From the NCBI GenBank assembly GCA_030606385.1, contig JAUWGN010000001.1, forward strand, positions 1-29,867: a stretch of 29,867 bases of DNA, written 5' to 3'. The notes under the pieces were generated by a model that was given only the letters and a program-made list of their open reading frames with translations, searched no databases and was not told the DNA's origin. The stretch comes from Dehalococcoidia bacterium (GTDB lineage: Bacteria; Chloroflexota; Dehalococcoidia; GIF9; AB-539-J10). Below are positions 1-9,842 of the stretch, piece after piece (position 1 is the first letter of the stretch; the number at the start of each line of letters is the position of its first letter). A program made the position numbers and the translations under genes.

Positions 1-846
1 ACCGCTTGCTTCGAGGGCATTCGGGGAAACTGGGATAGTGAGCATGAGAGATTTTGCCTCTTCAGAATTAGGGACCACTACAAACGCATGCTCAATGGCT
101 GCCGTTTGTTAAAAATCAACCTATCCTACTCCCTTGATGAATTGTGTCAATTGACTATAGAGACCACAGAAAGAAGCAATTACCACGAAGATGTCTATGT
201 CCGCCCTATGGCATACAAAAGTTCCGAAGCTCTCGGGATTCGCCTTCACGACCTTGAAGACGATTTTCTTATTATTGTGACTACACTCCCTGCTTATCTT
301 GATATTCAGAATGGTGTTCGTTGCGGTACATCATCATGGCGGCGTGTCGACGACACCATGATACCAGCCCGAGGAAAAATTTGTGGTATCTATGTTAACA
401 GCGCATTAGCTAAAACCGAGGCACTGGAAAATGGCTATGATGAAGCGATATTACTAAGCCATGATGGACATGTCTCCGAGGGCAGTGGCGAAAATATCTT
501 TTTGGTTAGCGATGGGAAGCTAGTCACGCCCTCTTCATCAGATAATATCCTCGTTGGAATCACCAGAGATACAGTTATGAAACTAGCTAAAAACGAGCTG
601 GGCATAGATACCGTAGAGAGAACTGTTGATAGAAGCGAGCTCTACCTCGCTGAAGAATGCTTCTTTACTGGCACCGCAGCCCATATCACCCCAATCATCG
701 AAATCGACCACCGTATGATAGGCGCAGGGAAAATCGGTAAAATAACCGCTGAGTTACAAAACCTGTTTAGCCAGGTAATACTGGGAAGAAATCCTGGATA
801 CGCTGACTGGTATACACTGGTTTCCCCCAAATCTGTGAAGACGTGA
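1..846 (+). CDS. ilvE: Branched-chain amino acid aminotransferase (class IV, PLP), 5' end outside window
   Basis: Frame 1 is open from base 1 (TACFEGIRGNW...). It contains the motifs YVRP, K-x3-Y (GKICGIYVNS), EGSGENIF, ILVGITRDT and EECFFTGTAA. Confidence 0.95.
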   Translation, partial: TACFEGIRGNWDSEHERFCLFRIRDHYKRMLNGCRLLKINLSYSLDELCQLTIETTERSNYHEDVYVRPMAYKSSEALGIRLHDLEDDFLIIVTTLPAYLDIQNGVRCGTSSWRRVDDTMIPARGKICGIYVNSALAKTEALENGYDEAILLSHDGHVSEGSGENIFLVSDGKLVTPSSSDNILVGITRDTVMKLAKNELGIDTVERTVDRSELYLAEECFFTGTAAHITPIIEIDHRMIGAGKIGKITAELQNLFSQVILGRNPGYADWYTLVSPKSVKT

Positions 847-849
847 CTT

Positions 850-1491
850 TTATGACATTCGTCTGATGACAGCAACTACCTTCCCCTGGATATCAATATT
901 ATCAGCAGAGGTGTAAATAGGACTAATCTGGCTATTTGCCGACTCAAGACGCACGCGCTCTCCCTCTTTAAACAATTTTTTCAGAGTAATTTCTTGCTCC
1001 TTCTTGAGCCAGACTGCCGTCATGTCGCCTTCCTCAACATTATCTACGTAACTCAATAACACAATATCCCCATCCCCTATCAAGGCATCAACCATCGATT
1101 CACCTTTCACCTTAACAGCATAAATATTGCCCCTTCTTTGAATTAAGTCGTCACTTACCTCCAGCCCTTCATCAGAGGTAACAGCGCTTTTATTGGCATC
1201 AAGCACAGGAATGGGCTCACCAGCGGCTATCTCTCCTATTATAGGTATATAGACAAGTCTTTTCTCACGGCGTTTATCTAAGAGCTCAATCCCCCGCGAT
1301 ATATCGCTTTGACGACGAATATAACCTGCGCGCTCCAATTTATTTAGATTATAAACTACCACAGAAGTAGAACTTATATCACATCCTTTAACAATGTCTC
1401 TAACACTAGGAGGATAACCATTATCACGCAAATACTGGCGAATGAAGCTTATGATCTGTTTTTGCTTTCTGGAAAGAGCTTTATCAGCCAA
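850..1491 (-). CDS. lexA: SOS repressor LexA
   Basis: N-terminal wHTH (GYPPSVRDI...SSTSVVVYNLNKLERAGYIRR), Ala-Gly cleavage site (IAAGEP), catalytic Ser (KGESM) and Lys (TLKK). TTG start 5 nt after the rpsT stop. Confidence 0.96.
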   Translation of the reverse strand: MADKALSRKQKQIISFIRQYLRDNGYPPSVRDIVKGCDISSTSVVVYNLNKLERAGYIRRQSDISRGIELLDKRREKRLVYIPIIGEIAAGEPIPVLDANKSAVTSDEGLEVSDDLIQRRGNIYAVKVKGESMVDALIGDGDIVLLSYVDNVEEGDMTAVWLKKEQEITLKKLFKEGERVRLESANSQISPIYTSADNIDIQGKVVAVIRRMS

Positions 1492-1496
1492 AAAAG

Positions 1497-1778
1497 CTAA
1501 CCTCCTTTCTCCTTCGACATTGCCTGATTTAATTGCCTTGTTAGCTGAGAGTTGAGTCTAGCACCCTTATTGCGATGAATAACCCCTGCGCTTACCGCCT
1601 TATCTATATAGCTTATCGCCTTTACCGTCTCTTTTTCCGCTAATTCCATATTCCCAGCTACAATAAGCTTCCCCACTTTAGCAATAGCAGTCTTCATCCT
1701 GCTCTTTGTCGTACTATTCCGCAATCTCCTTCTTTCCGTAGCACGAGCTATTTTGTTAGCCAACTTAATGCGCGGCAT
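1497..1778 (-). CDS. rpsT: 30S ribosomal protein S20
   Basis: Basic 93-aa protein with RRLRN..KSRMKTAI and IDKAVSAGVIHRNKGARLNSQL motifs. Confidence 0.96.
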   Translation of the reverse strand: MPRIKLANKIARATERRRLRNSTTKSRMKTAIAKVGKLIVAGNMELAEKETVKAISYIDKAVSAGVIHRNKGARLNSQLTRQLNQAMSKEKGG

Positions 1779-3924
1779 TCACTCCTCCTTTCCTTCTCAC
1801 ATTTACTACGCCCCCAATTGAGTAAACTTTAGATATCAAACTTGCTAACTCGGCAGTACCCTTTATTTCCAGACTAAGATTCAATGAGACAATATCCTCG
1901 TGGTCTGCCACATGAAAGTCAGTGATATTTACTCCTTCCTCAGCAATAATAACGCTAATATCCCGAAGTAAGCCTATCCTATCCCAAGCATTAACTTGAA
2001 TAGCCACCGGGTAAACTTGCTCCACACCGCCCCAGCCCACCTCAATCAGCCGCTCCCTCTCCACTTCATTAACGATATTGGGGCAATCTCGACGATGCAC
2101 GGTAACACCGCGTCCCTGAGTAATATAACCAATAATCTTATCCCCTGGCAAGGGATGACAACAGTTAGCCAGATGAGTGACCAGGTCTCCTACACCAAGT
2201 ACCTTAACGCTCGCCGGGCTAACCTTTTTTGAAGGATGAACTTCAACCAGCTCTTCAGGCCGCTCTTCACTTACGGCTAGTTTTGCTATTATTTGAGAGG
2301 GACTAAGGTTACCACTCCCGATGGCAACAAAAAAGTCATCCATATTCTTGAAACCAAATAGTGATGCCACTTCACTAACGCTTGGGAGGACAATATCTGC
2401 CCTTTTGAGTTCCCGGCCCAGAAATTGCTTCCCCGCCTCAATGGTTTGAGCCCTATCCTGCTTGTTGAACCATTGGCGAATTTTCGCCCGTGCATGAGAA
2501 GTTTTGACATAGCCAAGTTCAGGATTGAGCCAATCCAGACTAGGTTCTTTCTCCCCCTTAGCAGCAATGATTTCCACCACATCAGCATTATTGAGATTAT
2601 AGTTCAATGGCACCAATCGGCCATTCACTTTTGCCCCAACACAGCGATAAGCCAAGGTGGTATGAACGTGAAAAGCGAAATCCAAAGGCGTTGCTCCTTT
2701 GGCCAATTCCTTTATTTCGCCTTTGGGAGTAAAAACAAACACCCGATTAGCGAGCATATCGCTTTTGACGGATTCCAAAAATTCCTTGCTATCAAATACA
2801 TCTCGCCACTCAACCAGTCGAGGTAACCAAGCCACTTCCCCAAAAGACTCCCCTCCTTTTTCTCCCTCCTTATAGCGCCAGTGGGCAGCTAACCCAAACT
2901 CAGCAACTCGATTCATTTGATAAGTCCGAATTTGCACCTCCAACGCATTCCCATGATATATCACCGCTGTGTGTAAAGATCGATACCCATTCTCTTTAGG
3001 ATTAGCAATAAAATCGCTAAATTCTTCAGGCATAGGATGCCAAAGGCTATGAACTATTCCCAGTGCCTTATAGCAGTCTGAAATTGAATTAGCCAGTATG
3101 CGCAAGCCAAAAAGATCATAGATATCGCCAAAATCCTTGCCCTGCGACGCATATTTGCCCATTTTCCGAAAGATACTATAAACATGCTTTGGCCTGCCAA
3201 AAACGCTTGCTTCTACCCCAGCTTTGTTCAATTCCTCGCCTACCGCTTGGATAGCTTCGTTTATAAAACCTTCTCTTTGTTCTCGTTTCGAAGCTACCAA
3301 ACGAGCAACCCGATGATATTCCCGTGGCTCTAAATAACGAAAAGCCAAATCCTCTAGCTGCCATTTTACGCTCCGGATACCCAGACGATGAGCTAGCGGA
3401 GCGTATATCTCCAAAGTCTCTTGAGCAATGGCGACGCGTTTTCCCCGCGGCAAAACTCCAAGAGTACGCATATTATGTAGCCGGTCAGCTAATTTTATAT
3501 ATATAACCCTTAAATCCTCAGCAGTAGCTATAAGCATCTTGCGCAGATTCTCCACTTGAAGCTCCCTCCTGGCTGCATCTCCATAAACAGGCTTTGCCAA
3601 CTTGCTCAATTTCGTGGTGCCCCCTACTAATCTAGCTACTTCATCACCAAAGTTAGTCTCGATTTCACCCATTGAGACTCCACAATCCTCGAGAACATCG
3701 TGAAGCAAGGCAGCAGCTAGAGTAGCACCATCAAATTGAAGCTCAGCTAAAATCATTGCTACACTAACAGGATGCTCCAGGTAAGGCTCTCCTGATTTCC
3801 GTAATTGCCCTAGATGCGCATCAAGAGCAAAATTGTAAGCTTTCTCAACCAGTGTTACCTGCTCTTCTGGCAGGTATGCCTGTGCTTTAGCTAAAAGCTC
3901 CTCCTTTTCCATCAAATTCATCAT
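1765..3924 (-). CDS. rel: Long bifunctional (p)ppGpp synthetase/hydrolase (Rel/RSH); start may be ATG at 3912
   Basis: HD hydrolase (AHLGQLRKSGEPY, LLHDVLED, KLADRLHNMRTL), synthetase (GRPKHVYSI, NGYRSLHT, EVQIRT), TGS (FVFTPKG...PLDFAFHVHT), CC (LANCCHPLPGD) and ACT (DRIGLLRDIS) domains. Confidence 0.97.
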   Translation of the reverse strand: MMNLMEKEELLAKAQAYLPEEQVTLVEKAYNFALDAHLGQLRKSGEPYLEHPVSVAMILAELQFDGATLAAALLHDVLEDCGVSMGEIETNFGDEVARLVGGTTKLSKLAKPVYGDAARRELQVENLRKMLIATAEDLRVIYIKLADRLHNMRTLGVLPRGKRVAIAQETLEIYAPLAHRLGIRSVKWQLEDLAFRYLEPREYHRVARLVASKREQREGFINEAIQAVGEELNKAGVEASVFGRPKHVYSIFRKMGKYASQGKDFGDIYDLFGLRILANSISDCYKALGIVHSLWHPMPEEFSDFIANPKENGYRSLHTAVIYHGNALEVQIRTYQMNRVAEFGLAAHWRYKEGEKGGESFGEVAWLPRLVEWRDVFDSKEFLESVKSDMLANRVFVFTPKGEIKELAKGATPLDFAFHVHTTLAYRCVGAKVNGRLVPLNYNLNNADVVEIIAAKGEKEPSLDWLNPELGYVKTSHARAKIRQWFNKQDRAQTIEAGKQFLGRELKRADIVLPSVSEVASLFGFKNMDDFFVAIGSGNLSPSQIIAKLAVSEERPEELVEVHPSKKVSPASVKVLGVGDLVTHLANCCHPLPGDKIIGYITQGRGVTVHRRDCPNIVNEVERERLIEVGWGGVEQVYPVAIQVNAWDRIGLLRDISVIIAEEGVNITDFHVADHEDIVSLNLSLEIKGTAELASLISKVYSIGGVVNVRRKGGVNAAH

Positions 3925-3954
3925 AACTTAAATAACAAAAACAAGGCAAATTCC

Positions 3955-3983
3955 TTTACATCCTTCCTACTCTCTTGTATTCT
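3955..3983 (+). promoter_or_regulatory. Sigma70-type promoter for hisS
   Basis: TTTACA (3955-3960), 17 nt, TATTCT (3978-3983). AAGGAG at 3991-3996 precedes TTG at 4005. Confidence 0.55.
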
Positions 3984-4004
3984 ACAAGTCAAGGAGTTTT
4001 TCTT

Positions 4005-5255
4005 TTGTTCAAAGCACCTCGCGGCACATCGGACATCTTGCCCCAAGAAAAGGCTTACTGGAAGTATATAGAGGAAAAAGCTGTTTACCTCTGCCAGCTT
4101 TACGGTTACCAGCCCCTCAACACCCCTGTTTTTGAAGATTACCAACTCTTTGCCCACATCGCGCCTGATGGCGCAGACATCATTAAGGAGATGTATGTCT
4201 TTGAGGATAGAAGTGGGCAGAAGCTGGCTTTGACTGCAGAGGGAACTGCGCCGATCTGTCGCGCTTACCTTGAACATGGGCTATTTAACCTACCTCAGCC
4301 AGTAAAGCTATATTATATTATCCCCGCCTTCAGATACGAGCGCCCTCAGGCAGGACGCTATCGTCAGCATCATCAGCTTGGATGTGAAGCAATAGGTGAT
4401 GCTGACCCTGTCCTCGATGCTGAGGTGATAGAATTGATGTATCGTTTCTTATCTTCTTTGGGTCTTTCAGAACTGCTTATTGAGATTAATAGCATTGGCT
4501 GTCGACAATGTCAGCCTGGCTATGTCGAGGCGTTGAAAAAATACTATTCCACCTACCGGGATAGACTATGTCCCGACTGCAAGGTCAGGTTGGCTAGAAA
4601 TCCCCTGCGACTTCTCGACTGCAAAGAAGTTTCCTGCCAGGAAATAATAACAGGTGCGCCAAAAATCACAGACTATCTTTGCTCCGAATGCCAGACACAT
4701 TTTCAAAGTGTCCAGAAATATCTAACTGAACTGGGGATAAGTTACCAACTAAATCACAAGCTAGTGCGTGGACTGGATTACTATACCAGAACAGTCTTCG
4801 AGGTTAAGCCTGAAGGGAAAGGAGTACAAATCGCTCTTGGTGGAGGCGGCCGCTACGATAATCTTATTGAGGAACTGGGGGGTAAACCTACGCCAGCAGT
4901 TGGCTTTGCCGCTGGTATAGAAAGAATCATTATTGCCTTGAAAAACCAGAACGTAATTGTTCCTACCCTCCCTAAACCTGTTGCTTATGTAGCTTGCCTC
5001 GGAACACAAGCTAAATTAGAGGCAACAAAACTTGTTTCCAGATTACGCCACCAAGGCATCGCTGCCATCCAAGCTACTGGAGATAAGAGTTTGAAAAGCC
5101 AACTGAGACAGGCTAATTCGCTAGACGTTAAATACACCGTTATCATTGGAGAAAAGGAAGTGGCGAATGAAACAGCGGTATTGCGAGACATGTCGAGCGG
5201 AGAACAGAAAACTGTTCCCTTCAATGAAATAGCAAGCTTACTTGAAAAAAGATGA
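4005..5255 (+). CDS. hisS: Histidine--tRNA ligase (likely TTG start at 4005 rather than 3975)
   Basis: KAPRGTSDILP, FRYERPQAGRYRQHHQ, LVRGLDYYTRTVFE, GGGRYDNL and GFAAGIERI motifs plus an anticodon-binding C-terminus. An SD supports the 4005 start. Confidence 0.97.
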   Translation: MFKAPRGTSDILPQEKAYWKYIEEKAVYLCQLYGYQPLNTPVFEDYQLFAHIAPDGADIIKEMYVFEDRSGQKLALTAEGTAPICRAYLEHGLFNLPQPVKLYYIIPAFRYERPQAGRYRQHHQLGCEAIGDADPVLDAEVIELMYRFLSSLGLSELLIEINSIGCRQCQPGYVEALKKYYSTYRDRLCPDCKVRLARNPLRLLDCKEVSCQEIITGAPKITDYLCSECQTHFQSVQKYLTELGISYQLNHKLVRGLDYYTRTVFEVKPEGKGVQIALGGGGRYDNLIEELGGKPTPAVGFAAGIERIIIALKNQNVIVPTLPKPVAYVACLGTQAKLEATKLVSRLRHQGIAAIQATGDKSLKSQLRQANSLDVKYTVIIGEKEVANETAVLRDMSSGEQKTVPFNEIASLLEKR

Positions 5256-5291
5256 GAAAGAGCACAAAATATAGCTTTCTATTCGTAGATG

Positions 5292-5300
5292 TGGTATAAT
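5292..5300 (+). promoter_or_regulatory. Extended -10 promoter for gyrB
   Basis: TG-G-TATAAT, a perfect extended -10, about 80 nt upstream of the gyrB ATG. Confidence 0.6.
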
Positions 5301-5381
5301 AAATGGGTAAATATGGTGTTGTGCCAAATTGGTCACCTAGCGTTGCAACATTCACCTTAGATAGACGAACCCCAATCACAT

Positions 5382-7793
5382 ATGACACAAGACGAGCTAA
5401 ACAACAAACCAAATAACGAGTATCGCGCCGAAGACATCCAGATTCTAGACGAGATAGAAGCAGTCCGTCTACGCCCTGGAATGTATGTCGGGAGCACCGA
5501 CCGTCAAGGACTGCATCAACTCCTCTATGAAATAGTATATAACAGCATAGATGAGGCTATGGCTGGTTTCTGCGACCAAATTGATGTGACAATTCACCCA
5601 GATAACAGCGTCACCGTGGTGGATAACGGGAGAGGCATCCCTGTTGACATTATTCCAGAAACAGACATTACTGCTTTACAAGCAGTGATGACCCATCTAC
5701 ACGCTGGAGCAAAGTTTGGAGGAGCTGTTTACCAAATATCAAGCGGATTACACGGCGTCGGTGCTTCGGTGGTGAATGCTTTGTCTGCCTGGCTTAAAGT
5801 CGAGATTAGAAGGGAAGGGAACATATATCGCCAGGAATACCGGCAAGGTATTCCTATAGGTGCTATAGAAATCATCGGTCACGCCCAAGATACCGGCACT
5901 AAAATCATGTTTCTCGCCGATAGTCTAATCTTTGAGGATATCGATTACGACTTTGGCACAGTTTGCCAGCGCCTGAGAGAATTGGCTTTTTTGAATAGCG
6001 GGGTGGAGTTAGCAATCAAGCATGAGAGCAGTGATGCCGAAAAAACATTTTACTTCGAAGGTGGAATAGCTACTTTAATTTCCCGGGTAAGCAAAAATAG
6101 GACGGTTATACATCCGGAACCCATCTTACTAAAGAATTCAGCCAACAGCACTGCAATTGAAGTAGCCTTGCAATACAACGATAGCTCCATAGAGTCCACT
6201 TTCTCCTTTGCCAATTGTGTTAGCACCAGAGAGGGAGGCAGCCACCTTACCGGTTTTCGTTCCGCATTGACCCGCGTCCTGAATGATTACGCGCGAAATA
6301 ATAAATTCATCAAAGATACCGAACCCAACCTAACCGGGGAAGACGTCCGTGAAGGGATGGTAGCGATTATCAGCGTAAAGTTACCCCATCCTCAATTTGA
6401 GGGGCAAACTAAAGCAAAACTGGGCAATCCTGAAGTAAAAAGTCAAGTCGAATTTGTCGTCGCCGATGGATTGTCCCTCTATCTAGAGCAACATCCAGAC
6501 GAGGCAAAGACAATTATCGCCAAATGCCTCATTTCCGCTAAGGCAAGGGAAGCAGCACGTAAAGCACGCGAGCTCGTGTTTAAGAAAAGCAGCTTCGAAA
6601 TATCAGTCTTGCCCGGAAAGCTGGCCGATTGTTCCGAAAAAGACCCATCCTTGTGTGAGCTTTACCTAGTTGAAGGCGAGTCAGCCGGTGGTTCAGCTAA
6701 ACAGGGACGCAACCGCCAATTCCAGGCTATCCTCCCTCTGAAAGGGAAAATACTCAATGTCGAAAAGGCCGCTAAAGACAAGATCGTACAACATGAAGAG
6801 ATAAGAGCTGTTGTCACCGCATTAAGAGCAAATACCGATGGACAACCTGACCTCTCGAAGCTCAGATACCACAAAATAATCATCATGACCGATGCCGATG
6901 TCGATGGCTCTCACATTCGCACCCTGCTGCTCACCTTCTTCCACCGTTACATGCTGGAGTTAATCACCCATGGATACCTTTACATCGCCCAACCACCCCT
7001 TTATCGAGCAACTATAGGGAAAACGCAAGAATGGATATATTCGGAGGAGGAGATGGAAAGGGTTTTTGCCAAGAAAGCGTTCGATAAAGTCTCCATCTAC
7101 TCAAAAGATGGCTCTGTTAATCTAACCGGAGTGAAGATACGTGACTTTTTGAATTCACTAAGAGAGTTAAACCAAGGGTTAGATGACCTCCTTGATAAGG
7201 AAGGTATACCGCGAGAACTAAGCGCCGCCCTTCTGAAGAAAGATGAGTCTTTTTATCGCTTCGATTTCCCGGTTAAAAGAACTATGCAAGAACTCAGGAC
7301 TTGGTTAGAGGAATTTGGGTGGACAGTCAGGTCACACTCGAGTGATGAAAAAAGTGAATACTGGTTAGAGGTTGATTTGGAAGCTGGCAAGAAAAAGTTT
7401 GACAGGCAATTTTTTGAAAATCCAATCCTTCGTAAATGCTTCAAGGCCTATCCCCAAGTCAAGAAATTAATTGAGAATAAATCGTACATTATTGTTAAGA
7501 ATGACAAGGAGATTGGTAAAGATATTCCTTGGTATAAACTTGCTGAGGTGCTGGAAAAAATCTCTGAAAGGTCAGGAGTAGTAATCCAGCGTTACAAAGG
7601 ACTGGGGGAAATGAGCCCCGAACAGCTATGGGAAACCACCATGAACCCCGAGACCAGAACGTTGCTCAAGGTAACTGTAGAGGACGCTATAGCGGCAGAC
7701 CAGATATTCACCATGCTGATGGGACCCGAGGTAGCTCCACGCAAGAGCTTTATTCAGGCTCACGCTCAAAGTGTCAGGAACCTAGACGTCTAG
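5382..7793 (+). CDS. gyrB: DNA gyrase subunit B, long form with a ~160-aa insertion in the TOPRIM region
   Basis: EAVRLRPGMYVGS, NSIDEAMAG, DNGRGIP, GLHGVGASVVNALS, PQFEGQTK, PLKGKILNVEK, MTDADVDGSHI, QRYKGLGEM and LWETTM motifs. Confidence 0.95.
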   Translation: MTQDELNNKPNNEYRAEDIQILDEIEAVRLRPGMYVGSTDRQGLHQLLYEIVYNSIDEAMAGFCDQIDVTIHPDNSVTVVDNGRGIPVDIIPETDITALQAVMTHLHAGAKFGGAVYQISSGLHGVGASVVNALSAWLKVEIRREGNIYRQEYRQGIPIGAIEIIGHAQDTGTKIMFLADSLIFEDIDYDFGTVCQRLRELAFLNSGVELAIKHESSDAEKTFYFEGGIATLISRVSKNRTVIHPEPILLKNSANSTAIEVALQYNDSSIESTFSFANCVSTREGGSHLTGFRSALTRVLNDYARNNKFIKDTEPNLTGEDVREGMVAIISVKLPHPQFEGQTKAKLGNPEVKSQVEFVVADGLSLYLEQHPDEAKTIIAKCLISAKAREAARKARELVFKKSSFEISVLPGKLADCSEKDPSLCELYLVEGESAGGSAKQGRNRQFQAILPLKGKILNVEKAAKDKIVQHEEIRAVVTALRANTDGQPDLSKLRYHKIIIMTDADVDGSHIRTLLLTFFHRYMLELITHGYLYIAQPPLYRATIGKTQEWIYSEEEMERVFAKKAFDKVSIYSKDGSVNLTGVKIRDFLNSLRELNQGLDDLLDKEGIPRELSAALLKKDESFYRFDFPVKRTMQELRTWLEEFGWTVRSHSSDEKSEYWLEVDLEAGKKKFDRQFFENPILRKCFKAYPQVKKLIENKSYIIVKNDKEIGKDIPWYKLAEVLEKISERSGVVIQRYKGLGEMSPEQLWETTMNPETRTLLKVTVEDAIAADQIFTMLMGPEVAPRKSFIQAHAQSVRNLDV

Positions 7794-9297
7794 GACGCTT
7801 GGCAAGCTCCAGACAAAGCTTCTTATCCAGTTTTATGTCTCTTTCAGCAAACAATTTGAGGGCAAGGTCTGCAACAGCGTCCTCATAACCTGAGGGAACA
7901 AGCACATAGCTACGACGCCTGTATTGGGAGTATCCCTCTATCCAACCAGATGCTGGGTATAGCTTAGATAGCGGCACGGCTGTATCCTCACTCAACCTGA
8001 CCATGCTCTGTTTTCCAATTTTTTCGACACGGGGCCTTGGAGGAAAGTCAACGAAGACGGTATCACAGCCTGCTTTCTGAGCTAGTTCTAGCTCCATGGC
8101 ATTCTTTTTACTTTGTTGCTGTTCCAACTCAAAAAACTTGCGTTGAGAGACAAGATCCTTCTCCTTAAGCGCTTGCGGTGATATGACAAGAGCACGCTTT
8201 ACCAAAATTCGCTCCCGAAGTTTCCTAACTTTCACTCTTAGCTCTCTATTAACCTGCTTGGAATTTAACAGGTCGTATTCATCCAAGCGAAGGAAGTCTA
8301 CAGCAAATTTCAGACGAGTGCCACTTACAGTCCATTGTTTGCTGCGTATCTCCTGAAGTAAGGAAGCTATCATGCGAAATGACCCTCTCACTTTATGGTG
8401 GTTATACACGGATGAAAACAAAAGCATCTTGTTAAATAGGATTTGCTCTAAAACGGTGGCGCCACCAATATCAACACAAATGAATGGCTCGTCTCCTCGA
8501 GGGTCAAATATAGACAGTGATACGAAAAGCCTATCTGTATCAACTGGTGTAACTAATCCGCTAAAATAGCCATCTCGTCCCATATAGTCAAGCTTATCAG
8601 CATCAAATGGCCCGTTTATTATTTTACTTAGCCATAGCGGATAATCTGAAGAGGCCTTTACTCCAATAATCATATTGGCCACCCGTTTCAAGTTTACTTT
8701 AGTCAAGATACGAAACTGTTTTGCTGGTGCCATATTATACTTACTGATTATGTCTTCCCATAGCTCGCGGAATCGTGCACTTCTCACTATGTAATAAGAA
8801 AGAATCTCGTGGCCCTCAGCTTCTCCAAACAATTTTGGGTCGGCGCGCTTTAACGTCCTTATTTCTCCAGTCGGGTCCCATTCGTCATAGACGATTTCCG
8901 AAGCGTGACTGAACAGACCGTGACCACAGTCGTGAAGCAAAGCAGCGAGGCGAATCTCAGCAGTCTTCACATCACTTATAAGTCCTCCACGTGAACTGCT
9001 TTTGAGCGCGTCAATTATCTTCTGAGCAAAAATAACGACTCCTAATGAATGCTCAAATCTGGTGTGAGTTGCAGCCGGATACGTTAGGTATGCCAGTGCT
9101 GTCTGGTGAACTCGCCTCAAGCGCTGCATGAGAGGGCTATCTATGAGGTTAATTTCGTGTGGGTAGAAAACATTGTGTCCTAAAATGGCATCACGAATTA
9201 TCTTATCGCCGCGAATTTTAAGTGGTGTATACCCATCCAAAAGTTCTTGAAGAAAAGCCTCAATGCGGTTCTCAAAATCGCGTGTGGCCCCAGGCAT
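7774..9297 (-). CDS. HD-superfamily phosphohydrolase, SAMHD1/YwfO-like putative dNTP triphosphohydrolase
   Basis: IRDAILG, IDSPLMQRLRRVHQ, HTRFEHSLGV, LLHDCGHGLFSH, DADKLDY..RD and VYNH: the complete metal-binding H...HD...D set of this family. Confidence 0.9.
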   Translation of the reverse strand: MPGATRDFENRIEAFLQELLDGYTPLKIRGDKIIRDAILGHNVFYPHEINLIDSPLMQRLRRVHQTALAYLTYPAATHTRFEHSLGVVIFAQKIIDALKSSSRGGLISDVKTAEIRLAALLHDCGHGLFSHASEIVYDEWDPTGEIRTLKRADPKLFGEAEGHEILSYYIVRSARFRELWEDIISKYNMAPAKQFRILTKVNLKRVANMIIGVKASSDYPLWLSKIINGPFDADKLDYMGRDGYFSGLVTPVDTDRLFVSLSIFDPRGDEPFICVDIGGATVLEQILFNKMLLFSSVYNHHKVRGSFRMIASLLQEIRSKQWTVSGTRLKFAVDFLRLDEYDLLNSKQVNRELRVKVRKLRERILVKRALVISPQALKEKDLVSQRKFFELEQQQSKKNAMELELAQKAGCDTVFVDFPPRPRVEKIGKQSMVRLSEDTAVPLSKLYPASGWIEGYSQYRRRSYVLVPSGYEDAVADLALKLFAERDIKLDKKLCLELAKRPRRLGS

Positions 9298-9752
9298 TAT
9301 CCTTTCCTTGAGGCCTTGCTATATAGCTGGTCGAATTCATCAGCAAGGCGTCTCAGTTCGCCTTGCTCGGCTTCATTTCGCCGCTCAGTTATGGCTTTTC
9401 TAATGAGTATCAATTTGAATGCTGGTATCTTCAGATACGCGTACCTAGGATTCTCTACTGACATAATCCCGCTAGCTCCAAGGTCAAAAAGAATATCCTC
9501 CAGAGCGCCAGAAATTGGAACAGTATCTGCCGGGCCATAGGTAAAACTCATATCCTGTAACCAATCAGGATACTTTTTGCGCAACTCAGCAAATGCACGA
9601 TACACTGCATTAACCCTCAATCTGGTTCGCTGTTTCTTCCCTTCACCCCTTCCACTCTGGAAACAAAACGCAGCTAACACAGCGTCTGATAAACGAAGCT
9701 CATCTTCAGAAGAGTCTTCTACCTTGCCTCTTCCCAAATGTGAAGATATCAT
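9297..9752 (-). CDS. Hypothetical protein, weak resemblance to YwgA/SocA(Panacea)-like winged-helix proteins
   Basis: Strong SD AAGGAGG (9759-9765) and a stop/start overlap (TAATG) with the HD gene. The segment F-T-YGP...S..LE..L..L...G resembles the YGP-x-S motif of YwgA/DUF4065 proteins. The family assignment is tentative. Confidence 0.7.
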   Translation of the reverse strand: MISSHLGRGKVEDSSEDELRLSDAVLAAFCFQSGRGEGKKQRTRLRVNAVYRAFAELRKKYPDWLQDMSFTYGPADTVPISGALEDILFDLGASGIMSVENPRYAYLKIPAFKLILIRKAITERRNEAEQGELRRLADEFDQLYSKASRKG

Positions 9753-9833
9753 TTATCGCCTCCTTTTTGATTACCCAGGCTATTTTATAAGTAGAACTCT
9801 TTGCTTTTACCTCCTTTTATCCTCCTACCTTAA

Positions 9834-9842
9834 ATTATAGCA
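9834..9842 (-). promoter_or_regulatory. Extended -10 promoter upstream of the wHTH-HD operon
   Basis: Minus strand TG-C-TATAAT (9842-9834), about 80 nt upstream of the 9752 start. Confidence 0.55.
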
